Assembly (NCBI RefSeq): GCF_006345805.1
Contig: NC_042997.1
Location: 181,598,001-181,662,000 of the forward strand
Direction: 5' to 3'
Length of the DNA stretch: 64,000 nucleotides
Source of the DNA: Octopus sinensis
Taxonomy: Eukaryota
The notes beneath the pieces are model-generated. The model was not told the origin of the DNA. It ran no database searches and was given only the letters and a program-made list of their open reading frames with translations. The position numbers and the translations under genes were made by a program. Shown here piece after piece: positions 1-14,683 of this stretch (positions are counted from its first letter, which is position 1; every line of letters starts with the position of its first letter).

Positions 1-49
<49 letters not shown>

Positions 50-187
50 TTATATGATTCTAAACAAAACTGTTTTTGTGATATTTTTGCTGATTTTTAA
101 TAAAGCATATTACTCTACCTCTGGTATTCGGATACTATTTTTTCCACCTTGTTTCGCTTTTATGTGTCTACTTTGGTGTGTGTGTGC

Positions 188-234
<47 letters not shown>

Positions 235-244
235 CTGTATATAT

Positions 245-335
245 TCTTTTATTCCTTTATCTTTTTACTTGCTTCAAGCATTTGATTTATTCTTTGTAAG
301 CTTAGTGCTTATTCTATCGGTCTCTTTTGCCGAAC
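245..335 (-). mobile_element. Fragment of tRNA-derived SINE family B (3' half)
   Basis: ttattctttgtaagc...ttattctatcggtctcttttgccgaacc matches the fuller copies at 5530-5975 and 23828-24260. Confidence 0.6.
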
Positions 336-830
336 CATACGATGCATTACGGATCTATAGCAATTGGAAGGGCGTGACCCAGTTCAAATAAACATTAACA
401 ACTGTGTGATGTGAGGGCTGAGGGGAAATGAAAGTGTCACCTCTGGAGTTTGCCAATGATTACTATGATGATAGGTAACTGAACAGAATAAATTTGCAAT
501 CTATAAGTCTCTTTGAATGACCTGTCACTTATCTGGAAAGGTCTTGAAATAAACGTTACCATCTGGAGACTATTTCTGACTCAGTGATAATAAAAAGACT
601 CAAAGGAGGTCTGCAACCAAATAACTTTACTCAAAGTAACACTTTGCAACTGAATCAGTAGAGGCAAAGATGCCTACTTGATAATGTATGCGCCACATTG
701 CAGAAATCACAATCTAAGTATATCTCAAAGCAAACTTTTACACTGTTGTACCATTGAATTACAAATAACGCTCATCTTGTATCCTCGGGTGACTCTATAG
801 CTTCCAAGACTACAATTGTATTTGTCTTAG

Positions 831-1660
831 GAAAAATGACAAAATTGTGGGGGTTGAGCCCCCATTGAGGGATCTTACTAACCTCCTAAAAAGTTGAAAT
901 TTTAGGAATATTACTTCATTTCTTTCTAATATCTATGGTTAACAGCAAAAATATATGAATTTTCATGGGAGTTGCGGCCTCATTTATGCCCACTTGCTTT
1001 CAAACATATACTGCATTACATTCACCCTTATGCATAGAATGTAATTTCCAAATTTCATAATGATCCATCCAGTACCTTTGACTTTGTTTTGGATCATAAA
1101 AAAATGACTAAAATTTGGGAGTTAAGGCCCCCATTAGAGGGTCTTAGAATCTTCGTTGGAAGCGGAAACTTTGGGAATATTTTTTGATTTGTGTCAATTA
1201 CCTATTATTGAAATTTCATCAACATCGGAAATTTATGAATTTTAAAAGGGAATTCTGCCCCCCTTTAACCCCCCACCCAATTCAAACCAAACATACTGCA
1301 TTATACCCGCCCTTATGCGTTGAATCTAAGTTCCAAATATTGGAAGAATCCATTCAGTAATTTTGGTTCATGAAAAATGACTAAAATTTGAGGGTTAAGC
1401 CCTCCTTAGGGGGTCTTAGAATCATTCAAGTAAATGGAAATTTTGGGTATATTTTTCAATATTTTTCTACCTATGGTTCAATTTTCATCAAAATCCGAAG
1501 CACATGGATTTTTACGGGGGGTTCTGCCCCCTTAAAATTGCATGAAACATACGGCATTACCCTTCTCCCTAAGCTTAGATTTTGTGTTCCAAATTTCATT
1601 AGGATCGGTCCAGTAGTTTTCGAGTCTATAAGTATCACACAAACACACATACACTGACTT

Positions 1661-1662
<2 letters not shown>
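831..1662 (+). mobile_element. Helentron/HINE-like non-autonomous element with three diverged ~270-bp internal repeats
   Basis: Units start aaaaatgac(t)aaaatt at ~831, ~1101 and ~1373. The last unit ends ccaaatttcattaggatcggtccagtagtttt...cacaaacacacatacactgacttt before (TA)n, the typical DINE/HINE-type 3' end. Confidence 0.55.
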
Positions 1663-1706
<44 letters not shown>

Positions 1707-1948
1707 TAAGCAATTAAGGGTTTAGCAACGAATTGCCTTACCACACACCGAATTTAGAAATAGCAGTCAAAGAGATTATAGCTATTTCTTCTACTAAAAG
1801 GGAGATCACAGTAAAGGCACAGCATTTGAAAGGCAAACACAAACAATATATATATATATATACTGCTGCTGTACATATATATAAATATATAAACTGATAC
1901 GAGTAGATACTAGAACTAGATCTTAGTCACAAGACTGATATATATATA

Positions 1949-2007
<59 letters not shown>

Positions 2008-2588
2008 AATAATGTAAAAATAAGTATATTCTACCCCTACGGTTTCAAGGATAAGGATTTCGTTTCTTGATAAACTGAATCATCTGCTTGTTGAATTTGC
2101 GTATAAGTAGCTGTTCATTCCACTGACACGTGTACCCTTAATGCAATCCTCAGGTGGAATCACAGTGAAACATTGTGCGACAAGGCTGCACTTTTGAATG
2201 CTGAAGTTATCATATATGTGCGTGCGTGCGTGTGAACAAGCAACTGAAAAATACTTGTGCGTTAGTCTATACGTTTCTATCTCTACATATACATAGCGTA
2301 TTTATCAGGGCATACATGTCAAGTGCAGGTGTCTTATATGCATACAAGTATATTGTTTCTCTCTTTCAGATACACATTCATTCCTACACATTCACAAACA
2401 CACATGCTCACCCACATTTACGCAAACACACACGCAAATGCACGCGCGCACACACACACACACACGCACACACACATACACACATGAGCGCACACACACG
2501 AAACCACACAGCTTGTCAAACATGAATTCTGATGAGTGTAGATTATAGGTAAGTTTTATACAGGTTTCACGAGCTCGACAAAAACTGG

Positions 2589-2650
<62 letters not shown>

Positions 2651-2886
2651 GTGGGATGAAGATGATGAAGAGGTGTGGTGGAGGAGGAAGAGGAGGAGTG
2701 ACGGGATGGAGCAGACTGACTTATCTGCTCTGTTTGGTTGATGAGAACAGGAATCTGCTATGAAGATCATTTCAACATCTGTCTTACTTGCACATACTTG
2801 CTCTCATCGTTTTCTTCTTACGCTGTCACTTTATACGTCTCTACCATCACGATCATCTTTCTCTTCACCGTAGTTGTGGTCATCAT

Positions 2887-2941
<55 letters not shown>

Positions 2942-3181
2942 GTCTTCATCATCATCATTATCAGCTCCACCTCATCATCGCGTCAAAGTTACTAGCCCCT
3001 ATTCACCCCACCACACTCACACACACACACACACATACACACACACACACAAACATTCACCCATACCATTCTCACACACATACACACGCACGAACACTTT
3101 CGTGTGGGATCACCATCACTTTATTATCTCACTTTCTTCCAACCTCTTCTTTCAAACTTTTTTTCTGATCTGTCGCCATGC

Positions 3182-3483
<302 letters not shown>

Positions 3484-3509
3484 TGTATGTAGTATGTATG
3501 TATGTATGT

Positions 3510-3995
3510 ATTGAGACAATCTTCTTTGTGTGGGTTCACTGGATTGCTTCGAGGTCCGTGGTTAATTTTACCCTGTGTGATGACCACACATGGGAGCAGT
3601 AATCCAAACGGCTGAGGACGAATGTCCTCCGGAGTACCACCATGGTTTCCTGTTCTCTTGTTCTGAAAATTCGAAGAATCCAACCGGCCAACCGTCTGCA
3701 TTTTATTGTCAACTTGGTAATATGCACCTAGAAAGATATATCACTACTCATTCGATTCCCAGGTTGCGCATTGATTTTGATTTAGGGATTGCAATTCCTC
3801 CTGGGCCAGTGTATGGTGTTTGTTTTTCATTGAGTTTCGTGTGTTGGTAGCGCAGGGTTTGGAATTTTCCAGCATTAAATTGTATGTTATTTTCGTCAGC
3901 CTACCCGTCCAACTCTCGTTGTAGATGCGCAACATCTCCAGGGTTCTGTACCATCTGAGTGACTTTTGTATCATCTGCATAACTAGCAAGTTTAA
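3510..3995 (-). mobile_element. CR1/L2-type LINE reverse transcriptase C-terminal fragment
   Basis: YADD codons at 3970-3981 (minus strand); downstream LAGWILRIFRTRE...LSRLDYCSHVW (ORF 3536-3727); stops present. Confidence 0.85.
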
Positions 3996-4112
3996 CTACC
4001 TGAGCAACTGAGGGCATGTCTGAATAGCAGTGGCCCCCAAGGCAGGGCTTTGTGACTCACCACTCATTATTTCTGTGTCCTTGACGGTGATCCCGTTTGC
4101 CTCCACGACCTG

Positions 4113-4179
<67 letters not shown>

Positions 4180-4243
4180 GTGTGTGTGTGGTGTGTGTGT
4201 GTGTGTGTGTGTATGTATGCATGTATGTATTTGTATGTGTGTA

Positions 4244-4275
<32 letters not shown>

Positions 4276-4299
4276 CACACTCTATCTCTCTCTCTCTTT

Positions 4300-4492
4300 T
4301 ACTCTTTTACTTGTATCAGTCATTTGACTGCGGCCATGCAGTCGAGCTTCTTTCAGTTTCCGTCTACCAAATCCACTCACAAGGCTTCGGTCGGCCCGAA
4401 GCTGTAGTAGAAGACACTTGCCCAAGGTGCCACGCAGTGGGACTGAACCTGGAACCATGTGGTTGGTAAGCAAGCTACTTACCACACAGCCA
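4300..4492 (-). mobile_element. tRNA-derived SINE family B (internally deleted)
   Basis: Head ggctgtgtggtaagtagcttgcttaccaaccacatggttcc...gttcagtccc (A/B-box-like) and gagtggatttggtagacggaaactga domain. Confidence 0.85.
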
Positions 4493-4514
4493 GTATATAT
4501 TTATATATATATAT

Positions 4515-4870
4515 ATAAAATTCCTTACTATGCCAAGATTACGCACCTTGTGACATATCATACCATGATCGACTTTGTCAAAGGCTTTTTCAAAGTCGAG
4601 ATATATCACGTCCACATTTGAGTTGCCGAGAATTTGTTTAACACCCAGTGATAGTGCTGCAGAACTGTACCAGGCAGCTTCTACCTGGTCGAAAATCGTA
4701 CTGGGTGTCAGTCAGCAAGTCATTCTCTTCAAGGAATGCAATTAATTTCCTTCGAACTATTCGTGTGAGGTCAGACAGATAGGCCTATAGTTTTTAATAT
4801 CGCTTTGCTTCCTCATTTATGAATAGAGTATGTTATTCCCTTCAGTTTTCTCGAGAGCTTACCATTTACA
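4515..4870 (-). mobile_element. CR1/L2-type LINE RT N-terminal fragment, probably the same element as 3510-3995
   Basis: Minus strand reads QYDFRPGRSCLVQF and VDVIYLDFEKAFDKVDH. Confidence 0.8.
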
Positions 4871-5741
4871 AGGAAGCTCTGAAAAAGAAGCTAAGTGGTA
4901 TAGTGGTGTTGATTGATCTCCCTATCGCCTACGTAATTGTTCAGTGGATTGAGGTCTGGTGAGCTAGGAGGCCATGTGTCTGGGAGAACATGACTGTGGA
5001 AATTGGTACGCATCCACACTTGGGTTGTTATAGCCTTATGAGACGGCGGAGAGTCTTGATGGAATAGATACGGTCTGTCGTTGCATACTCTGTCTGTCCA
5101 GGACCTCACAACTATTTCCAACATCTCCGTGTAGACAGCAACGTTGATCCTTAAGCCCAGTGTTAAAAAGTGAGGAATCATGACATTTCGCTCGTCGCTG
5201 ATGACTCTCAAAACCATCATAGTTGCTGGGTACTTAGTATACATGACTTTTGGATTCTCAATCGGGTCTCTGCTTACTTTTTGGTCCTTATGAAAGTTTT
5301 TCTCATGGGAAAAAATCCCAAACATTCAAACCGCTTGGTGTTTCACCTTGTTTAACAAGCACTTTGCATGGCTCGAACAAGTCTTTCTTGTCACATCCGA
5401 CATAAAGTGACCCCCCCCAGCTTCACATATAAATTGTATCAGATGTCCTCATGCATAACTCTTCTGACAGTGCATTCTGAGGTCCTTTGCAATGACTCTG
5501 GTTGATTTTCCATGGATTTTATTGATTATTTACACTTTTACTCTTTTTACTCTTCTACTTGTTTCAGTCATTTGACTGTGGCCATGCTGGAGCACCGCCT
5601 TTAGTCGAGCAAATCGACCCCAGGACTTATTCTTTATAAACCTAGTACTTATTCTATCAGTTTCTTTTGCCGAACCGCTAAGTTACGGGGACGTAAACAC
5701 ACCAGCATCGGTTGTTAAGCGATGTTGGGGGGACAAACACA

Positions 5742-5774
<33 letters not shown>

Positions 5775-5775
5775 T

Positions 5776-5816
<41 letters not shown>

Positions 5817-6324
5817 TACATTTATACTATGGGCTTCTTTCAGTTTCCGTCAACCAAATCCACTCACAAGGCTTTGGTTGGCCCGAGTCTATAGTGGAAG
5901 ACATTTGTCCAAGGTGCCACGCAGTGGGACTGAACCCGGAACTATGTGGTTGGTAAGCAAGCTACTTACCACGCACCCACTCTTACACCTGTATTTCTTG
6001 AACTTTTTGCACAAAGCTACGTGCTCTGGTGGTATTTGGACCCTGTGCATGTGTTTTGCATTTAACTGCTGGTGTTGGATCTCGGTCAACAGTTGCCAGC
6101 CCCTTTCTAACATTGACAACGAAGATCGGGTAACTTTCAGGAAGCGAGGTATCTCTGCATCGTTATGCTGCGCTTTTAAGGCAACGATTACCGCGTGCCT
6201 TTTCATTTGCTGAGTCAACCAGATGTCTGACATTATTTATCTGAAAAGCAAAGTAAAAAAAAAAGTTAGAAGAAAGTTAGAACGCTTGAAAGAGGTGCCC
6301 TGAAAACAGCTGATGCACTCTGTG
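4870..6324 (-). mobile_element. Tc1/mariner (maT, D,D37D-type) transposon remnant split by a SINE
   Basis: N-terminus MKRHAVIVALKAQHNDAEI (5975-6233); catalytic part HQDSPPSH...WPPSSPDLNPLN with 37-residue spacing (ORF 4891-5325, third D changed to N); TA + CACAGAGTG end at 6324. Confidence 0.85.
5530..5975 (-). mobile_element. tRNA-derived SINE family B, full length with internal (CA)n(TA)n
   Basis: Head, central domain, microsatellite and tail ggcggtgctccagcatggccacagtc...tgaaacaagta all present. Confidence 0.9.
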
Positions 6325-6534
6325 TATATATTTAGTGTGTGTATCCATGCATATATATATACACATCATGTGTGTATGTGTGTCCCTGTCTGTATATGTG
6401 TTTGTGTGTGGTGGTGGTGGTGGCGGTGGTGGTATGTGTGTGTGTTTGTATGTATTTATAGAGAATGACAGAGAAAGAGGAGAAAGAGAGACAGATGACG
6501 ATGTAAACATACTCATGTCTGTCTGTCCACGTTT

Positions 6535-6860
6535 TTATGTATATAAGTTTTTATGTATGTATGTATGTATGTATGTATGTATGTATGTATGTATGTATGT
6601 ATGTATGCATGCATGTATGTATGTATGTATGAATTCATGTATATATCCATGTATACATGTATGTATGTATGTATGTATGTATGTATGTATGCATGTGTGT
6701 GTGTGTGTGTGTATGTATGTATGCATGCATGTATGTATGTATGCATGCATGTATGTATGTATGTATGTATGTATGCATGCATGTATGTATGCATGTATGT
6801 ATGTATATATGCATGTATGTATGTATGTATGTATGTATGTATGTGTGTGTGTGTGTTCAG
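6535..6860. repeat. (ATGT)n / (ATGC)n microsatellite
   Basis: Direct reading; explains the MYVC/HTYI pseudo-ORFs. Confidence 0.95.
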
Positions 6861-7017
6861 TTATATATACATATTTACACGCGTATGTACGTACATATAC
6901 ATATATACCGGCTATTTTATGTATAATTATACACTGAGGCGTTCAAACGGTAACTGAAAAAATACTCAATACATAAAGATGGACGATGAGATTGTATAAG
7001 GAATAAATTGACATTAA

Positions 7018-7054
7018 CTACAACGTTTCGCCTATGGTCGGCCTTGCCAGACAC
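7018..7054 (-). ncRNA. Degenerate hammerhead-like motif
   Basis: CUGGCAA-G-GCC(gaccaua)GGC-GAAACGUU: stem II and stem III intact, core carries two changes, stem I poor. Confidence 0.35.
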
Positions 7055-8179
7055 TTCTTTAGTCGTACATACTGTATATGCTTGAACTCTCTTTGTGTGA
7101 GGCATGTAATGTTGGTTGTATTAATACCAGTGGTGGTGTACCACTGAAATATAACTTGATTACGGAACACGGTTTATGCTTATTTAGGCCTAGCACATTT
7201 GCGTGGTTAATGAAAATGAAGAATATATAGAAGGAAAGATGATGATTATGGTAACGAAGATAACAAAGAGGATGTTGGAGAAGAAAAGAAAAGGAACCAA
7301 CTTTCCCTTTCGATTGCTAAATTCTTAATACAATATGAAGAAAAAGAAGAAAAAAGAAAAGAAAAGCATACATTCTGAAAATTTCTTCCAGACTGATTAT
7401 TTTTCATCTATAAGAAATGACACGCTTTCTAAAATATTCAATTTGTTTAATTTATATACCTCGAGGTTTTGTCATGCTGACAACTCCTAATAAGAATGAA
7501 AATGAAACGGTGCTATATATGATTACCTAAGAGTAAAAAAATTTAAGATCTCCATAATAAGTAAGTAAGTAAATAAATAAATATTCTTTGCTTCTTTTCC
7601 CTTGTTCCTTGATTTCAAATTTAAACTTTGAATCCTGCCAATTATTTAGAAATGATTATCGCTCTTGCACTAATTGTCCACCAGGGGACACCAGCAGTGA
7701 AAAAAAAAAAAGAAGTTGAAATTGATAAGGTGCATAAAAATAAGATGAAGAAAAAGGTGAAGAAAAAGAACAAGAACAGTAGTGTGGTTGTGGGGTTAAA
7801 ATTTCATAGCCGCATCAGAGCAGGAATTCGCAAAATATACTTAGAAACCATAAAGTATAGAGACACTGGCAAGTCATTTTAGATTAGCCAAAATCACTCA
7901 AGCATGGAACTAACGTGAAGTTTTAAAAATTTGGAGCAATGTATTTTATAGCCAAGCTATCACCAAACTCTGTTCTAGTCACAGAGCCAAAACCACAACG
8001 ATAGATTTTTTTTACATCCTGTTTCAGTATAGATATTCATACACACAGATATACTTGCAGACATAAACATATACGGATATTTAGATATCTGTACATGTTA
8101 ATGCACTTTACATAAATAATAGACAGACTCACAACTGCGGCAGACAGACGCAAACGTCCATCAATATACACACGGTTTT

Positions 8180-8645
8180 AGTCGGCGAGCTAGCAGAATC
8201 GTTAGCACGATGGACAGAGCATTTGTTCTGGTTTTACGTTTTAAGGCAATGAGTTGGAAGAATCGTTAGCACGCCAGGTAAAATGCTTAGTGTTATTTTG
8301 TCTGCCGTTACGTTCTGAGTTCAAATTCCGCCGAGGTCGACTTTGCCTTTCATCCTTTCGGGGTCGATAAATTATATTTCGTCTGCCGCTACGTTCTGAG
8401 TTTAAATTCCGCCGAGGTCTATTTTGCCTTTCATCCTTTCGGGGGTCGATAAATTAAGTACCAGTTACGCACTAGGGTCAATGTAATCGACTTAATCCGT
8501 TTGTCTGTCCTTGTTTGTCCCCTCTGTGTTTAGCCCCTTGTGGGTAGTAAAGAAATAGGTACTTCGTTTTTACGTTCTGTGTTTAAATTCCACCGAGGTC
8601 GACTTTGTTTTTCATCCTTTCGGGGTCGATGAAATAGGATCTGGG
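8180..8645 (+). mobile_element. Compound cluster of tRNA-derived SINE family A
   Basis: Three repeats of gttcaaattccgccgaggtcgactttgcctttcatcctttcggggtcgataaa; tail gtttagccccttgtgggtagtaaagaaata. Confidence 0.85.
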
Positions 8646-8889
8646 ATCTCGACTTACCCTTTCCCATGAAATTGCTGGCCTTGTGTCAAAATTTTAAACC
8701 ACTATATACATATTTACCAACAATGAGACATATATGTTATGTAAACATCTACACGCTTACGCATGAACACCACTACTCAGTCATACACAAAGACACATGC
8801 ATGCGCACAAGGCCACCGCTGACACGTCCAAACATTGTCATACTGGTATTTATACATAGATACGCATACGTTTCTGTACACTCTGTCAG

Positions 8890-8980
8890 CTGCCCAGCGG
8901 ATGTGAATGTACTATCAGAAGTCCAAGAAAAAGAGAATATTTATGATGAAATAATGCAGAACTTACAGCTCTTTTACCCT
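8890..8980 (+). CDS. Candidate internal coding exon of an unidentified host gene (CPADVNVLSEVQEKENIYDEIMQNLQLFYP)
   Basis: ctctgtcAG acceptor, GTAAGT donor at 8981, 91 nt open, non-repetitive composition; no family recognised. Confidence 0.35.
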
Positions 8981-9036
8981 GTAAGTTTACCTCTTCTCTT
9001 AAGAGAAGATGTAACTGACTTCCTTCCTTATTCTTT

Positions 9037-9428
9037 ACTAGCAGTATCACCCGGCGTTGCTCGGGTTTGTTTCGACCCTTTAGAATTGGAATTTTTGAAA
9101 AGTAAAAATTTTGCATTATGTAGCTTGTTATTCTCTTTAAGTGAACATTTTTCTGGTTGAAATACACCGAAAAATGGCGACACAGCAGTCAAAAAATCGT
9201 AAAAAATAGGATTTTCATAGAAGAAAAAGCACCTTTTTGATGTAAATAATTTTTGGTATTAACATGGTCCGATTTTAATTTTTTCTTCTACGGAAGGAAG
9301 AGCAAGCCTTCTTCTATCAAACTCTCAGTTTTGGTCAACTTGCGCTGCAGGGTCTTGGAGGAGATAGTGTTAGTTGAAGGCTACCAAACCTGCCATACAC
9401 AGACAACTTCAGTTTTATATATATAGAG
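9037..9428 (+). mobile_element. Helentron/HINE-like non-autonomous element
   Basis: 5' ACTAGCAGTATCACCCGGCGTTGCTCGGGTTTG hairpin and 3' caacttcagttttatatatatag; both ends shared with 20806-21312. Confidence 0.7.
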
Positions 9429-10425
9429 ATTAAGAGAGTTCTCGGTGTTTGTTTGTAAAATGTGGTTGAGTTGGTCTGTTGGTATTTACTTGTAGTGATT
9501 ATCTCACTACATAATAGACACACACACGCACACACACACACGTCTATTATGTAGTGAGAAAATAACCAGAAGTAAGTTGTTGCTATTTTGTTTATTTCGT
9601 TTCCATTACGATAGTTTCAAGCTCGATATATCATTAGAAATTATAACCGATTAGATCGATCATAAATTGCATCATGACATGGTACGTTGAAATATGTTTG
9701 TTTTTGTAAGTGTGTATGTATGTAAATACCTATATGTATTAATGTATGTGTCTGTGTGTATCGATAAGCACACACAGACACACACACACACAAGTTGGAT
9801 GAATTAAATAACAGAGAACATAGAAGTAAAAAGATCAGAAGTGGGTGACAAATGGGATACTCTTACTCTGATAACTCTCAGCTGACTGTAAGATATATCT
9901 GGACATGTGTATATGAAGATTTATTCCCATTTCTGCAAAGTTCCACTGCTCATGGTGTAGCTACTCTAAATTTATCTTACTTTAAATTCACTTAAGCTGT
10001 ATCTTATTTTTTGTCTCAAGTTTTCTAATACATGCTGTTTTGTGCATAAATATTTATTATTTATTACGCCGCAGACGAATGTGTGGTTTGCAAATGAGCC
10101 TGGCCATTGCAATTAAGTTGTAGTTTATAATTGATTTAAATAGCGATTTGTTATCTGCTCTTTTATGGGAAGAAGTATGAAAAGTACTTGTCTGCTAATG
10201 AGCTGTCACAAACCCTGAAATATATCAAGACAATATTCTTCTAGTTTCATGGATATGAAATAATGAGATGCATTCATATATGCTTAAAATTTCACATATC
10301 AATATGATCATAATGTACACCGTGGAAAAAATGTATCTACAAAATTTCGTTTTAAAAATATGCACATATGCACCCTTAGGTAAGTTATGAGGAAGCAAAA
10401 TTCAGTGGGGCACTAAACTGAAAAT

Positions 10426-10494
<69 letters not shown>

Positions 10495-10495
<1 letters not shown>

Positions 10496-10740
10496 GGTGA
10501 CCTTTTAAAGCCTAGCCAGGCTCATAGGCCCGGTTTCCTGGTTTCTATGGCGTATGTGTTCCCCAGCTGGACCGGACGCCAGTCCATCGCAGCGTTACTC
10601 ATTTTTGCCAGCTGAGTGGAGTGGATCAACGTGAAATGAAGTGTTTTGCTCAAGAACACAACACGTCGCCCGGTCCAGGAATCGAAACCACAATCTTACG
10701 ATCATGGTGCGTACACCCTAACCACTAAGCCACGCGCCTC
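10495..10740 (-). mobile_element. tRNA-derived SINE (family C-related)
   Basis: Minus-strand head ggcgcgtggcttagtggttagggtg...ggtttcgattcctggaccggg; ccactcagctggcaaaaatgag domain. Confidence 0.8.
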
Positions 10741-10784
<44 letters not shown>

Positions 10785-12196
10785 ACACACACATATCTGA
10801 ATTGTGTAATGTACCAAAATAAACTTGGATTCTTGTGGACAATCGAGGATTCTACACACGTAGTGTAAGTGGTGAGCCTGAAGTTTAGGTTTAAAAAAAA
10901 AATGGAAGTAAATTGGCCGTAAGTAATGACAGTGAAGTCCACTGTCCAATTATTTCGTATAAACAATCAATTATATGGCCAATGTGTAGAACCTACATAT
11001 ATAATCATCGAAATTGTATATATACTTTACATAAGATGTAAACAATCACATTTACGGATATACATGAAAGTTATTGGTGCACAAAACAAGATTCGCGAAT
11101 AGTTTTAACGATCTCTAAATGTGTTCCACCAAATACAATTATGGAGATATGATGTAACTAAAGCAAGCCACCGAATTGCCTTCTGAGAGAAGTTCGTTGC
11201 TGCGCATAGTACGTTGTAACGGTACACCTCGGCACATAATTCTGACACACGGAAGATATCACTAGAATAAACTGTACAAGTAGGTTCAAATGGACGAGGC
11301 ATAATGAGGGAGTTCTGTTTATAAAATTAAGGGTTTCCACCAATTCTTTTTATGTTCTCTATGAAATTGAGGGATATCACTGTCGTCACTTATGGCTAAT
11401 TTACTCAATCACCGTTTCATAGTATATTTTACAAACTATAAAAACACGATTCTTCAGGCAATCTTTATCTCCATCTTAACATGGTTGTTGTGTTAGAAAA
11501 CAGGATACTGCGATATTTACCTTGAGAGAACCACTCATAGATTTTTGATGTTAAGGCTTCTCCTGTCACTATTAATTATTTTTTTAATAGGCTCACTGGC
11601 TATTTGCGACGTCAGTGACTGAATAGAATTCTATATATCATTGACAGGGAGATTCGGCTGTTATGTCGCTACCAGACACTGAGGAGCCTAAACAAGGGCA
11701 ATTACCGGGATCTAGCAGTTCTGGCAGCCGTAGCAGACGGTTCTTGCCTGTCAACGACATAAATACGTGTATTTTTATGCACCACGAGTTCATATGAGAG
11801 GTTCTCTCGAGGTAAGTAACGCAGCATTCTATATTAAGTTGGAGATAATGATTGTCTTTTCGTATTAATACTACTTCTATCGCACTTAAGATACATAAGA
11901 ATTTCAGCCAAATGCTTACATGCTGTTATTTATAGCTTTATGTGACTCGAGATCCATTGTTCCAAAAAGAGAAAAGAATATATACCTTACTTATTTTGGT
12001 CATTGGATTGCAGCCATGCTGAAATACCACCTTGGAGGCTTTAGGCGAATTAATCGACCCCCTTAGCCAAAAGTTACAGGGACGCCAACAAACACAAACC
12101 AATAGTCAAGCATGGTGAGAAACAAACACACAAAAAAAAAGAGAATGCTGCTTGTATGTTTGTTTCATTCAGTTATATAACCATGTATTGTAAATA

Positions 12197-12800
12197 TCAG
12201 GTCATCCCATAAGTTCTGTCCGATTTTACCTTTTTTTAAAATTGAATGAAATTTAATAGTACTTTAGAATGTCTAATGGAATTAAAATTATTTTTATGCA
12301 TTTGTGTACATTTAAACTAATTAAATATTATTTTACAAAATAATAGAATTAAATTTTCTTTGATTAAAACCCTTTCTAACATGGAAGTAGGCAAAGAGCA
12401 TTTAAGGCACATAAATGCATTATGAGCACAAAAAAGGAAACTCTGCAGCCAAAGCGACTCCAAACATACACTCAGTTTATGGGAAAGAATGCTTGAATGA
12501 AGGAACTTGCAGAAGATGGTTTGCAAAATTCAGAAGTGGAGATTTCAGCCTTGAAGGGGAAGATCGAACAGGACGTCCAACTGAGTTTGATGATAAGCTC
12601 CTTGAGGCATTACTTGAAGAATTGGCAATAAAGCTTAGTTCAAACCATACAACTGTTCATTGTCATCTTCAACAACTTGGAAAGGTTTCTAAACTTAGAA
12701 AATGGATGCCTCATGAATTGTCCGAAAGCAACCGCAAATCCCGAGTTGACATCTGCTCTTCTCTCCATTCATGCGAACTCATTTCATCCTTATATATAAA
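12197..12800 (+). mobile_element. Mariner transposon, 5' half (3'-truncated)
   Basis: TA + TIR-like TCAGGTCATCCCATAAG; MEVGKEH...CRRWFAKFRSGDFSLE..RTGRP..WMPHEL (ORF 12415-12891). Confidence 0.85.
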
Positions 12801-14683
12801 ATTCAACTTACGTTGTAAGTCAACAAACGTTGTAAGTCAACAAACAAAGTTTGCTTTAGATACGTTGAGATGTTTTAAAAGAATCAGATAAAGAAATAAT
12901 TTTATTCTCAAACGCAGATTTATATATCCTAAATTTGCAGAAGTTCGAATCTCATGGCTGGCTGCCGACAGATTTTTCTGCAAAATATGAATAGTTCATT
13001 CTGTATTATTAGCATTATCGCACGTTTCACAATAAAATTATTTCCTTATATAAGTGCAACCCTGCATTAGCGTACTGCTCATATATTTTGGAAATCGCTG
13101 TTGCTATAACTGCATCCAAAACATGACTATTCAGCTAATTAACAAAACTTCACTCACAAGCCATAATAATCACTAACGCAAATGCTATGCTTCCTCTTAT
13201 TTGTCTTTTCTACTGTAGCTATAACGGCTTTTTTTGCTTTTCAGATTTAGCAAGTTGGATACCGCTTGCATCCAAGGTTAACTGTTTTACTCACTTCTTA
13301 TTCTTTTGCCATTGTTACTATTCTCCTCACTCCCAAACTTGGAATTGCAACCGTGTTAGACTTATATCCTTTCCAGGATATTCCAAAATGAATTGAAACC
13401 ATTGCGCGGGATGTTTACATGTGTGAGTCAAGCGAGGGGAAATAGCTAAAGTAGGTGGAGATCCAGACCCAATAGAACTTACTTTCTGTTGCGGTTACAA
13501 GATTTGCTAGGAAAAAATAACAAAATCCCGCCCCTTAAATCTCTTAAAAATAAAGGGGACATTTGATAATGTAATCATAGTTATATGTCAGGACATGAGG
13601 GGAGATAGCCCAAATTAAACGTTTTTAATCTTAGATCTTCCCGATAAGGACTGACTTAAAGTTTACAGAATTGCAAGTGGAAACCAAAAGCAAAACCGGA
13701 AGCTTATTTGTAAGTCTACATCCTTCATCTGAATTAACGCATAAATATCTTTTCCTTTTTATTCTGCACAATAGTCGTCCAGGGACACAACACAATGTTC
13801 GAACAATTCTACCTGCGTTTTCTTAAAATATCCACTGTCGCGGCGCGATTAACATGAAGAATGTCTATTCTAACTCATGTCGACGGACAGAACAATATAA
13901 AATAGCAGCCTGGAGCGTTTATCTGCACCCAGAAAGAAAATAACAAAACGGACTTGTGAAATTTGTTCGTAGAGAAAATATTAACTGTAACTACGATTTT
14001 GCAAGAAAAACTTACCCTGAAAATATTAACTTGCGGGTAAGAAAGTCCCCCCCCCCACCGCTCCTTTCTTTATTACTGAAATTATGAATGATCTAGGATG
14101 AACGCCACCAAATAGAATACCTTTAAAATTATAAACTATTTTCCGACAATAACAAATATATAACTTTGTAAACTGTTGAATTTAGCATAATTATGTCTCA
14201 AGTTATGCCGAACTGACGATTTTAATGAAGGACAAAATAGGGCTATTCATAGCAACCAATCACAAGTAACTTAAAATTTGGAGAAAACAAAGTTAAATGT
14301 GTATGCGCTCTATACCTTCTTTACTCTTTGATATGAATACCAAATTTCCAAATCTGCCCCACTTTCACCTAAAAGAGATTGTCTCTCCTATAATATCTAA
14401 CCACCAGAGACACAACATAAAGCCATGCTTTATCTTTCTGATATACTGTTTCTTTCATGCACATCCATATACACACGCGTATATATGTATGTATGTATGT
14501 AAACACACACACACAAACGTAAAGTTAATCGCCACATCAAAGTGGCTATTCCATGTTACTACTCGTTTAACTCCAGGCAGATCTTTCGCCAGATGGTTAT
14601 TGGAGCAACGCTGCACCCTTCATATACATATATATTGCTAGCATGGAGAGCGAATCCCTACCATCCTCTAGCAGACAACAGGA

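Noticed and set aside
8180-8645. Regularly recurring ~50-bp unit that could be mistaken for a CRISPR array
   Set aside because: Eukaryotic context; the unit is the conserved SINE family A domain and the intervening sequence is also SINE-derived.
11400-11600. Possible minus-strand LINE RT trace
   Set aside because: Motifs too degenerate to support a call.
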